The notes under the pieces are model-generated. The model saw nothing but the letters and a program-made list of their open reading frames with translations, made no database searches and had not been told where the DNA came from. Both the position numbers and the translations under genes were made by a program. 64,000 bases of DNA from a virus, in IMG/VR virus record IMGVR_UViG_3300021511_000005, positions 32,001 through 96,000 of that record; one strand, 5' to 3'. Shown piece after piece: positions 1-7,656 of the stretch (the stretch's first letter is position 1; each line of letters begins with the position of its first letter).

Positions 1-95
1 AATCGCTTGGACCCTCGCGGGGTCCCGTTCGGGATTCCCGAGCCTCCGCCCCGCGCGGGTCCTTGTTCCATGATCCGATAGAGAAGGAGGAAACG

Positions 96-605
96 ATGGC
101 GTGTAATTGCGGCAAGGATCCCCACGAACCGACGTGTCCGGAGTTCTCTGGGGTGCGGGGGATGGACGACAAGCGGCGGCTGTTGGGATTCTTCGCCCAG
201 AAGGGACACCACAACTTGGTCCTGCGGGTGGTGGATGTCCTAGATCTGGCGGATCAGACCCAGGCCAACTTGATCGGCATGGTGGCGATCAACCGGGACG
301 GGGGGCTTCCCGAAGTGCCCGGCGGCGATCTGAAGGGTTGGTGGTTGCAGCAGTATCCGGGCGGCTATATCACCATCCCGATCAACAAGCTCTTGGAGCC
401 TCTCCCGCTGAAGGAAGTGGCGGTGGTCCAGCAGGTGGTGGCGGAGTATCGAGACGTCCGCATGGGTAAGGGTTCTCCCAGCCGCAAGGACCTGTGCGTC
501 AAATGCCATGGGAAGGGCTGCAGCGATTGTCACGAGGGCTACGTCTACACCTTTTTGGAGATGGACGAGTACGAGGTGGAGCTGGCCAAGAAGGAGATCG
601 GATGA
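96..605 (+). CDS. hypothetical protein with C-terminal Cys (CxxC-x3-CxxC) zinc-ribbon motif
   Basis: SD AAGGAGG upstream of ATG 96; CVKCHGKGCSDCHEG; ATGA overlap with the next gene. Confidence 0.7.
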   Translation: MACNCGKDPHEPTCPEFSGVRGMDDKRRLLGFFAQKGHHNLVLRVVDVLDLADQTQANLIGMVAINRDGGLPEVPGGDLKGWWLQQYPGGYITIPINKLLEPLPLKEVAVVQQVVAEYRDVRMGKGSPSRKDLCVKCHGKGCSDCHEGYVYTFLEMDEYEVELAKKEIG

Positions 606-838
606 AGCCTGGAGAGAAGACGGCGAAGCAGAACCGGGCCCATAAGCACGCCTTGGGGGATCAGCCCAACAACGTGGCTAACAAGTACTTGTCGGGGCAC
701 CGAGGTCAGCAGGTGGTGATCTACTTCGGCCGGGAACAAATCTTGGCCGGCGAGCTGGAGGCCTTCGACCTGTACAGCTTCACCGTGGACGGTTGTCTCG
801 TCTTCAAGGGGCCGGGCGTTTGGATCCGCGCGGTCTGA
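602..838 (+). CDS. Hfq/Sm-like RNA-binding protein (divergent)
   Basis: YLSGHRGQQVVIYF-x5-LAGELEAFDLYSFTV-x3-LVFK aligns by eye with Hfq Sm1 (VSIYL..GIKLQGQIESFDQF) and part of Sm2 (MVYK). Confidence 0.55.
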   Translation: MKPGEKTAKQNRAHKHALGDQPNNVANKYLSGHRGQQVVIYFGREQILAGELEAFDLYSFTVDGCLVFKGPGVWIRAV

Positions 839-1308
839 TCAAGCTCTATAACCAGCTCGTTGGCCTGATGGTCGAGGGCAAGTTCCGGCCGAGTTATGGT
901 CGGCGCGGCGGCTTCAAGCAGTTTACGGCCAAGAACCTGGAGCAGGCCACCGAGCTGCTGGGCTATCTTGAGGACCGCGAGTGGGATCCGCTGGTCTACT
1001 TGGCGGGGGCGTTCGGCTCGCACAACTGGTGCTACCAGCCGAAGTTCGAGCGACTCTTGACGCCCCAGTACAAGAAGCTCTACCACACGAAGGAAACGTG
1101 GGCCTGGTGGTCGCTGTTGAAGCGAGAGGACCGTTTCGCGGACAAACCCGAGGGCGTTCACCCGGGTCACGAGATCATCCGTCAACGCTACTTCGCCACC
1201 CATGGTTCCGCCGGTGGAGAGCTGTGCCACATGGAGGGTTTCGCCGGGCGCTTCGATGCGCGATCCAAGTTCTGTCCCAGCTGTCCACGGAAGGACGATT
1301 GCCGATGA
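820..1308 (+). CDS. hypothetical replication-module protein with C-terminal C-x15-C-x2-C-x5-C motif
   Basis: In-frame TTG at 820 after AAGGGG (start uncertain); lies just upstream of the helicase. Confidence 0.6.
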   Translation: MDPRGLIKLYNQLVGLMVEGKFRPSYGRRGGFKQFTAKNLEQATELLGYLEDREWDPLVYLAGAFGSHNWCYQPKFERLLTPQYKKLYHTKETWAWWSLLKREDRFADKPEGVHPGHEIIRQRYFATHGSAGGELCHMEGFAGRFDARSKFCPSCPRKDDCR

Positions 1309-1367
1309 GCGATTGGGCGCGGGCGACGGCGAAGAGGGTAATGAAGATAGATTGGAGCAAGGAGTGA
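1305..1367 (+). CDS. 20-aa micro-ORF MSDWARATAKRVMKIDWSKE
   Basis: ATGA overlap with the upstream stop and GTGA overlap with the likely helicase start. Confidence 0.35.
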   Translation: MSDWARATAKRVMKIDWSKE

Positions 1368-2773
1368 GCTTCCCCTTTGATTCAGAATTCCAGCGCAAGA
1401 TGATCAAGCTGGCTTTGGAGGATGACGGTTTCTGTTCCCAAGCCCTGAAGCACATTCAGCCGGGAATGTTTGAGTCCGACGGCCTGGCCTGGGCGTGGAA
1501 GATGATCCAACGGGAGCGGGAGGAGGGGCGTGCCCCGTCCATGCTGGTCTTGAAGGATCGACTTCGCGACGTCCAGCAAGTTCTCCAGCCGCGCTACTCG
1601 GCGCTGGTCCAGATGCTCGAGGCGGACCAGCTCCAGGAGGACCGCTTCATCCGTCATCGGCTTGCGGAGTTCATACAGCGCAACATGTTTGTGGCGGCTT
1701 TCGCGGACTCCAAGCGGCTCTACAACATGGAGCGGGTGGACGAGGCCATCGATTTGATGCGTGGTGAGTCTCAGAAGGCTGCCCAGATTACCTTCGATGC
1801 GCCGGACCGCGGGTGGTTCTTCCGGGAGCTGCAGGACCGCCAGCGGCTCCGCCGGCGGATGCAGGATCGGGCCTGGGAGTACACTTTTCCGACGGGGATC
1901 CACATCACGGACCAGGTCTTGGACGGCGGCCTGAGCCGCGGCGAATTGGGCACCTGGATCGCGGACAGCAAGGGTGGGAAATCTCTTTTCCTGGTCCATC
2001 TGGCACTCTATATCGCGCGGGCGCAGATGCAGCCCGTTTTGTTCTGCATCTTCGAGGGCAGCCGGCACCAGACGGAGAATCGGCTCGAGGCGTTGGCCGC
2101 GGGGATGTTCTACCGCGAGATCAAGCGTGGTGAGATCGATCCGGAGACCTTCGAGCGCATCATGGCGGAGTACCGCAGCCTGGCGAACAATCTGGTCACG
2201 CGCGGCTTCACCGACAGCTGGAATTACACCGGCGCCGATATCCGCGCGGAGTTGGACGACCTGCGGAGCCAGCACGGCTGGCGGCCGGTGGCGATCATCT
2301 GCGACTACGGCGACCTTTTGCGGAGCCAGGCCGGCCGCGTCAGCTCAGAGGAGCAGCATCAGAGGGACGCCTTCGGGGACTTGAAGACCATCACGACCCA
2401 GGACGACGGATATGCTCTGTGGACGGCGAGCCAGGCCAGGCGTCCATGGGAGGAGAAGGACGGCGACGACAAGAAGAAGGGTGGCAATAGGATTTGGGGA
2501 CAACGTGTGTTGCGCGCCAAGGATGTGGCCGACTCCTACAACAAGATCCGTCGGAGCGACTTTATCGGCAGCATCAATCAGTCGCCAGAGGAGAAGAAGA
2601 AGGGGGAGGCGCGGCTCTACCACGAGCTGTACCGAGACAACGCGGCCCACCGGATTTGCCGCATCAAGCAGGACCTGAATAAGATGGTCTTCGTTGACCT
2701 GCTGGACCCCTACAACCGGCCCGGCGCGCAGAACGACGGCGACCCGGAGAAGATCCCGGAGCTGGATATATGA
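1364..2773 (+). CDS. dnaB: replicative DNA helicase, DnaB/SF4 family
   Basis: 'FPTG..ITDQVLDGGLSRGEL', Walker A ADSKGGKS, Walker B IICDY, 'WTASQ'; adjacent to primase; GTG start at 1364 inferred. Confidence 0.9.
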   Translation: MSFPFDSEFQRKMIKLALEDDGFCSQALKHIQPGMFESDGLAWAWKMIQREREEGRAPSMLVLKDRLRDVQQVLQPRYSALVQMLEADQLQEDRFIRHRLAEFIQRNMFVAAFADSKRLYNMERVDEAIDLMRGESQKAAQITFDAPDRGWFFRELQDRQRLRRRMQDRAWEYTFPTGIHITDQVLDGGLSRGELGTWIADSKGGKSLFLVHLALYIARAQMQPVLFCIFEGSRHQTENRLEALAAGMFYREIKRGEIDPETFERIMAEYRSLANNLVTRGFTDSWNYTGADIRAELDDLRSQHGWRPVAIICDYGDLLRSQAGRVSSEEQHQRDAFGDLKTITTQDDGYALWTASQARRPWEEKDGDDKKKGGNRIWGQRVLRAKDVADSYNKIRRSDFIGSINQSPEEKKKGEARLYHELYRDNAAHRICRIKQDLNKMVFVDLLDPYNRPGAQNDGDPEKIPELDI

Positions 2774-3840
2774 CGGTTTGGTGGCAGGCGGAAGCCCGGT
2801 TTGACTGGGGCGAGTACGTCCGTAACAAGGGCGGGATGCGGTCGCTCCGGGGGCGCGCGGATGAGTACCTTTTGGCGTGCCCGGACTGCCATAAGCCCAA
2901 GCTGGCGGTGAACATCGCCCGGCGGAAGTGGCGCTGTTTCGTGTGCAGTGATGGCGGTCAAGACGCGGCAAGCTTGATCGCCAAGGTGGATCAGCTTCGC
3001 TTTGGGGACGCGTTGCTGCAGGTGATGACCGGCTATCGCGGCGCGGTGGGGCGGATCGATGTCATTGAACAGAGCCTCGACCCCCAGGACGATCGGCGGT
3101 TGGGCTGGATCCCCAAGCCCATTTCGTGGCCGGAGGGCTTCGTGTGGTTGGCTCCGTTCGACCGGCCCAACGGCGGGATGGTCCACCGGCGCGCCGTTCA
3201 ATATGCCATCGGTCGTGAGTGGCCAGAGTATGCGGCTGATGCTATGCGTTTGGGGGTCTGCGAGCGTGGGCGCTTTCGTGGACGGATCATCTTTCCGGCC
3301 TTTGATAGCGGGGACCGATTGATCTTCTTTCAGGGCCGGGCGACGTGGACCCCCGATCCACGGGAGCGCCATGTCAAGACGTTGAGTCCGCGGCGAGACG
3401 ATCCGGAGAATCAGGCCGGGCCGGCGGACTGCTTGCTCAATCTCCACACCGTTATGTCTCAGGGCTTCGACAGTGTGGCCTTGATTGAGGGTCCCACCGA
3501 TTGCATCAAGGCCTGGCCGGACGCGGTGGCGAGTTTCGGCAAGACGATCAGCGCTCGACAGATGGAGCTGTTGATTCGCGCGGGCGTCCGACGTGTGGAT
3601 ATCTGTTGGGACAACGATGTCATCCCGCCAGAGCAACGGGCTCGTGGGGTGATCAGCGGCTACGAGGCGGCGCTGAAGGTGGCGCCGACGATGACGGACC
3701 TGTTCGACGTTCGCGTGGTTTGTCTGCCCCTGGGGAAGGATCCGGGGGAGTTGACCAAGGAACAGCTCGAGGGGTATCGTGCTCACGCTCAGCGGTGGGG
3801 GCATGGCGACCGTTTGAGCCACATCCCGGATACGTTGTAG
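2770..3840 (+). CDS. dnaG: DNA primase, DnaG type
   Basis: N-terminal Zn finger CPDC...CFVC, 'RIIFP..FFQGR', TOPRIM 'IEGPTD', 'WDND', 'KDPGE'. Confidence 0.9.
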   Translation: MTVWWQAEARFDWGEYVRNKGGMRSLRGRADEYLLACPDCHKPKLAVNIARRKWRCFVCSDGGQDAASLIAKVDQLRFGDALLQVMTGYRGAVGRIDVIEQSLDPQDDRRLGWIPKPISWPEGFVWLAPFDRPNGGMVHRRAVQYAIGREWPEYAADAMRLGVCERGRFRGRIIFPAFDSGDRLIFFQGRATWTPDPRERHVKTLSPRRDDPENQAGPADCLLNLHTVMSQGFDSVALIEGPTDCIKAWPDAVASFGKTISARQMELLIRAGVRRVDICWDNDVIPPEQRARGVISGYEAALKVAPTMTDLFDVRVVCLPLGKDPGELTKEQLEGYRAHAQRWGHGDRLSHIPDTL

Positions 3841-3863
3841 CCCTTCGGGGCGGAGGAGGCGCA

Positions 3864-4346
3864 ATGCACGAGTGGTCAAGAGTCGTCTGGGCAGTCTTGA
3901 GACCCCGTTACCGAGCTGCGCGCAGGCTGGGGCTTCATCGTGACGAGCTGGAGAGCTTGGCGGGCATGGCCGCGGTTGAGGCGGAGCTGTCGTGGGTTCC
4001 CGATGGCGGCCGGAGCCTATCCAGCTGGGTCTACCTGTGCGTGGAGTTCGCGGTCAGGAAGCGATTGGCCAAGGTCGCACGGGAGTTTGCGGACGATGAG
4101 ATGGACGAGTGGGTGATGGACCCCGATGAAGGCCCGGAAGCCCGCGTGGTGGTTTCGGAGGCCCTGGTCTATCTTCAGGCCCGGCTCACCCAGGCTGAAT
4201 GGTGGCTGCTGTGGATGTATCACGGTGAAGGCTACAGCGCCAAAGAGTTGTCCAAGCAACTTGGCCTTGCATATGGGACAGTTAGGAACCAATTGTCCGC
4301 AGCCCGTCGGAACGCGATGACAATCCTGAACCACGCGGAAGGGTAA
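3864..4346 (+). CDS. phage-encoded sigma-70/ECF-like RNA polymerase sigma factor
   Basis: Region-2-like 'DELESLAGMAAVEA..W.PDGGRSLSSWVY' and region-4 HTH 'EGYSAKELSKQLGLAYGTVRNQLSAAR'; SD GGAGG. Confidence 0.75.
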   Translation: MHEWSRVVWAVLRPRYRAARRLGLHRDELESLAGMAAVEAELSWVPDGGRSLSSWVYLCVEFAVRKRLAKVAREFADDEMDEWVMDPDEGPEARVVVSEALVYLQARLTQAEWWLLWMYHGEGYSAKELSKQLGLAYGTVRNQLSAARRNAMTILNHAEG

Positions 4347-4350
4347 GGAT

Positions 4351-5295
4351 ATGAGCAACGAACCCCCAATTATCGATGATCCGGAGGACGAGGCGGAGGT
4401 GGACCCCGAGGAGCTGAAGCAGCTCCTGGGACAAGCCCACGACCTGGGACTCCACATCAACAGCCGGGATCCCATCGAGATCGCGGCCCTGGTGGCGCTG
4501 GCCCAGCAGGAACGCGGATCGGAGCATCCGGTTCCCTGCTACGGCCTGAGCTACGACCCGACAGACAGGCGCTGCCGTGTTTGTCAGCTCCGCACCAAGT
4601 GCGCAGAGCTGGACCAGTCGCCGCGGGTGGAGGTATCCGACCTGACCCAACTTCAGGCGGTCCCGTGTGATGTGTGCGGGGGGTCGCTGGAGGTCGAGCT
4701 ACTGGACCGAGAACACCAGGAGGTTCGGGACTACGGATGCACCACCACCGGCTGTGCCAACACGTTGGGTGTCCAGTGTGGGTGGGAGACTCGCGCGGCT
4801 GACGTGGTCCGGGACATTGTGTTGCCCAAGGATGAAGTGGCCGAAGCGGAGCCGGAGGACGATTCCGTCCCCCCCTCGGAGGTCCCCCCTCCGGCTCCGC
4901 CGAAGCCCTCCAAGAAGAAGGCCAAGAAGAAGGCCAAGAAGAAGGCCAAGAAGAAGGCCAAGAAGAAGCCGAAATCCGACGCTACGCCCGCTCCCAAGAA
5001 GAAGGTCCAGGTGAAGGTGAAGCGGAAGCCGACCAAGCCAGCCAAGAAGAAGGCCAGCAAGAAGAAGACGGTCACGGTGAAGCCCAAGGGCAACGGCAAG
5101 CCCACGGGGAAACTGGTCTACATCTATGACGGCGAGCCCTACAACACGTTGACCCCGATCGCTGTGGCCATCAGCGGAAGCCGAAACTGGAGCGGCAAGC
5201 GGTTCTTCCGGGTCAAGGGCGAGCTGGAAGCGGGGACCACCCTGGAGCGCGAGTGGGAAGGCCAGACCTACTCCGTCCGCGTCGAGAAGGAGTAG
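4351..5295 (+). CDS. Cys-rich, Lys-rich (histone H1-like) protein with C-terminal DUF2924/RAMA-like domain
   Basis: Two Cys clusters; (KKKA)4 tract; 'YIYDGEPYNTLTPIAVAISGSRNWSGKRFF' resembles the DUF2924 signature. Confidence 0.6.
   Translation: MSNEPPIIDDPEDEAEVDPEELKQLLGQAHDLGLHINSRDPIEIAALVALAQQERGSEHPVPCYGLSYDPTDRRCRVCQLRTKCAELDQSPRVEVSDLTQLQAVPCDVCGGSLEVELLDREHQEVRDYGCTTTGCANTLGVQCGWETRAADVVRDIVLPKDEVAEAEPEDDSVPPSEVPPPAPPKPSKKKAKKKAKKKAKKKAKKKPKSDATPAPKKKVQVKVKRKPTKPAKKKASKKKTVTVKPKGNGKPTGKLVYIYDGEPYNTLTPIAVAISGSRNWSGKRFFRVKGELEAGTTLEREWEGQTYSVRVEKE
4912..4968 (+). repeat. 12-nt tandem repeat AAGAAGAAGGCC x4.75 encoding KKKA
   Basis: Read directly from the sequence. Confidence 0.95.
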
Positions 5296-5298
5296 ATC

Positions 5299-5883
5299 AT
5301 GTACGAGGGCAACAACGGCCGGGTGGCAATCGCGATCCCGAGCTTCAACGACATCGTGTCTCGGATTGCCAAGTTCGAGACCTTCCAGGTGGCGGATCGG
5401 CTCTACAGCGCCGACTTGCTGATCCCCCAGCTCACCATCAGCGGTAAGGACCTGATCGCGGAGGCCGCGAGCTGCGCCGCGCTGATCCTCTACTGGGGCG
5501 TGGAGGCCGCGCGTGCGCGGCGTCACGTCGAGAGTGTGGAGGGCTCTTATCGCGGGTGGCGGGATCGGAAGTGGCTGGATCTGAAGTCCACGCCGATTGA
5601 CGACGGCAAGGGCGGGGTGAAGATCCCGTCTGATGCCGTGTGTGATAAGCAGTATCGCACTCACCCAGAGTATGGCGTCTGGCAGCAGCGGAAGGCCGCT
5701 GCTCAGGAGGCCGCCGAGTGTGCCGAAGCGGTCCACGAGGCGTTCAAGGCCAAGAAGGATCTGGTCAAGGTGATGGAAAATCTGATGCGTGACGAGGCCG
5801 GTGGCCCCTATTGGGTCTCGGAGCAACCGTCCGTTGAAGTCCCACGACAGCCCCAACTAGCAGGAGAACAGGCCAATGAGTAA
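5299..5883 (+). CDS. UvsY-like recombination mediator (putative)
   Basis: Helical protein with 'HPEY....RK..AQE...AVHEAFKAKKDL' C-terminal pattern; located just before SSB and RecA. Confidence 0.45.
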   Translation: MYEGNNGRVAIAIPSFNDIVSRIAKFETFQVADRLYSADLLIPQLTISGKDLIAEAASCAALILYWGVEAARARRHVESVEGSYRGWRDRKWLDLKSTPIDDGKGGVKIPSDAVCDKQYRTHPEYGVWQQRKAAAQEAAECAEAVHEAFKAKKDLVKVMENLMRDEAGGPYWVSEQPSVEVPRQPQLAGEQANE

Positions 5884-7441
5884 CGGAGATCCGTCCCAGA
5901 ACTATCCACAGCCGGGCCAGGGGCCGGGGGTCCACGGACATGCCCAAGCCGCACCGGACCCACAGCAAGGCTACCAGCAGCCGCAGGGTCAGCCGCAGGG
6001 TCAGCCGCAGGGTCAGCCGCAGGGTCAGCCGCAGTATCCCCAGGGGCCGCCACCGCAGGGCCAACAGGGGTATCCGCCCCAGCAGCCTCCGCCCCAGCAG
6101 CCCCAGCAGCCTCAGCCGTGGTTCGACCAGAATACGGGGCAGTGGGTTTATCCCCAGCAGCCTCCGCCCCGGCAGCCGCAGGGACCAGGGCCGTCGCAGC
6201 TCAGTCAGGCCGAGCTGGACGCCTTGAACGAGACTAAGCAGGAGCTGGACGATCGGACCAAGGACTTCGGGGACGTGGATTACTACAAGCCGAAGCAGCC
6301 CCAGTCCGTGGGTGACACGGTGGATAGCCTGGTCCGTCTGCTGCCGGCTTGGCCGGGCAAGGAGCAGACGGCTCAACCCGCCGGAATGTTCTGGAAGGAA
6401 TATGTTCACTTCATCTGGGTCCCGAGTCAGGAGGATCCGGGGAAGAATACCCGGATGGCCGTTCTCTGTGAGCGGGAGATGACGCCGGCGGGCTACGCGC
6501 CGGCGCCGTGTCCGGTCTGCGATCGGCGCGACTTGGCGGAGAAGGAAGGCGACCAGAAGATGGCTACGGCCCTGTCGGCGCGGCCGCGGTTCCTCTTTAA
6601 CGTGATCGACATGGAGGACAACAACCGTCACTGGAAGCAGGACAAGGCCACAGGGGCCTACACTTGCACCGCGGCGGTCGGCACCTTCGGGCCCGGGCTG
6701 ATGAAGAAGTTGATCAACATTTTCCATCAGCGTCAGAACATCGCGGACATGCGGTACGGTAAGAGCTTGGCCATCAGCACTAGCAAGGTGGGCAAGCAGC
6801 GACGGGATGTCCGTTACGACGCCTTGGACCACGGCGATCCGGGTCCCGTGCCTCAGGGGATGGAGAACATTATTCTGGTGGACCTGTCGCAGGTCACTCC
6901 CAAGAAGGACTACAACGAGGTGGCCGTGGCGATGAGGGTCACCTATCCGCCGCGGGACCAAGCTCCGCCGCCCCAGGGTTATCAGCAGCCTCAGGGTCCA
7001 CCGCCGCAGCAGGGCTATCAGCAGCCTCCGCCCCAACAGGGGCCACCGCCACAGCAAGGTTACCAGCAGCAGGGGCCGCCGCCGCAGCAGAGGCCACAGC
7101 CGCCCTACGGGAACCCCTATCCTCAGCAGGGCGGGCCGCCGCCGCAGCAAGGAGGCTATCAGCCTCCACAGCAGGGCCAGCAGCCTCAGCAGGCCGGCCC
7201 GCCGCCCCAGCAGCCTCAGCAGGCCGGCCCGCCGCCCCAGCAGGGATATCAGCCGCCTCAGCAGGCCGGCCCGCCACAGGGCCAGCCAGGGCCCCAGGGG
7301 GGCCCCCCGCCTCAGCAGGGCTATCAGCCCCCAGGAGGCTACGCCCAGCCGGCGGGGCCTCCTCAGCAGCAACAGCCACAGCAGGGGCAGCAGTCGGTCC
7401 CCTACGGTGAGCAGGGGCAGGATCCGGATGTCCCTTTCTAG
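5876..7441 (+). CDS. single-stranded DNA-binding protein, T4 gp32-like core with long Q/P/G low-complexity arms
   Basis: 'VRLLP', 'FWKEYVHF', 'CPVC', 'RFLFNVID' core; acidic SSB-Ct-like terminus DPDVPF; upstream of RecA. Confidence 0.75.
   Translation: MSNGDPSQNYPQPGQGPGVHGHAQAAPDPQQGYQQPQGQPQGQPQGQPQGQPQYPQGPPPQGQQGYPPQQPPPQQPQQPQPWFDQNTGQWVYPQQPPPRQPQGPGPSQLSQAELDALNETKQELDDRTKDFGDVDYYKPKQPQSVGDTVDSLVRLLPAWPGKEQTAQPAGMFWKEYVHFIWVPSQEDPGKNTRMAVLCEREMTPAGYAPAPCPVCDRRDLAEKEGDQKMATALSARPRFLFNVIDMEDNNRHWKQDKATGAYTCTAAVGTFGPGLMKKLINIFHQRQNIADMRYGKSLAISTSKVGKQRRDVRYDALDHGDPGPVPQGMENIILVDLSQVTPKKDYNEVAVAMRVTYPPRDQAPPPQGYQQPQGPPPQQGYQQPPPQQGPPPQQGYQQQGPPPQQRPQPPYGNPYPQQGGPPPQQGGYQPPQQGQQPQQAGPPPQQPQQAGPPPQQGYQPPQQAGPPQGQPGPQGGPPPQQGYQPPGGYAQPAGPPQQQQPQQGQQSVPYGEQGQDPDVPF
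5978..6034 (+). repeat. 12-nt tandem repeat CAGCCGCAGGGT x4.75 (QPQG)
   Basis: Read directly from the sequence. Confidence 0.95.
7178..7237 (+). repeat. 30-nt exact tandem duplication (QQPQQAGPPP x2)
   Basis: Read directly from the sequence. Confidence 0.9.
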
Positions 7442-7565
7442 GGGAGGGGTCTCCACGGCCACCCGTTGGCTCTGACGGGTGGCCGATTTGCCGCGGCCAC
7501 CATAACGACACGGATCGAACCTGCGGTCTGTGTGCCAGGTCGGAGGCGTGCAAGGTGGAGACCCC
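7432..7565 (+). promoter_or_regulatory. candidate -1 programmed ribosomal frameshift signal
   Basis: In-frame X XXY YYZ heptamer C CCT TTC (7432-7438); 7-nt spacer; stems 7446-7456/7555-7565 (11 bp) and 7457-7466/7475-7484 (10 bp). Confidence 0.7.
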
Positions 7566-7656
7566 GCCGGATGCGGGTCCGCCGCCCGTCCCCACAGAAC
7601 ACCCAGCCCAGGACCCCGAGGCCCTGGAACGCATGATGCGAGGTACCGATGGCTAA
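7438..7656 (+). CDS. -1-frame extension of SSB (72 codons, C-x10-C-x2-C-x5-C motif)
   Basis: Open frame with no ATG/GTG/TTG before its Cys motif; fills the SSB-recA gap; stop overlaps the recA start (ATGGCTAA). Confidence 0.6.
   Translation, partial: LGEGSPRPPVGSDGWPICRGHHNDTDRTCGLCARSEACKVETPPDAGPPPVPTEHPAQDPEALERMMRGTDG

Noticed and set aside
18-41. Hairpin GGGGTCCCG-TT-CGGGATTCC at the window start as a terminator
   Set aside because: No U-tract and the upstream context is missing
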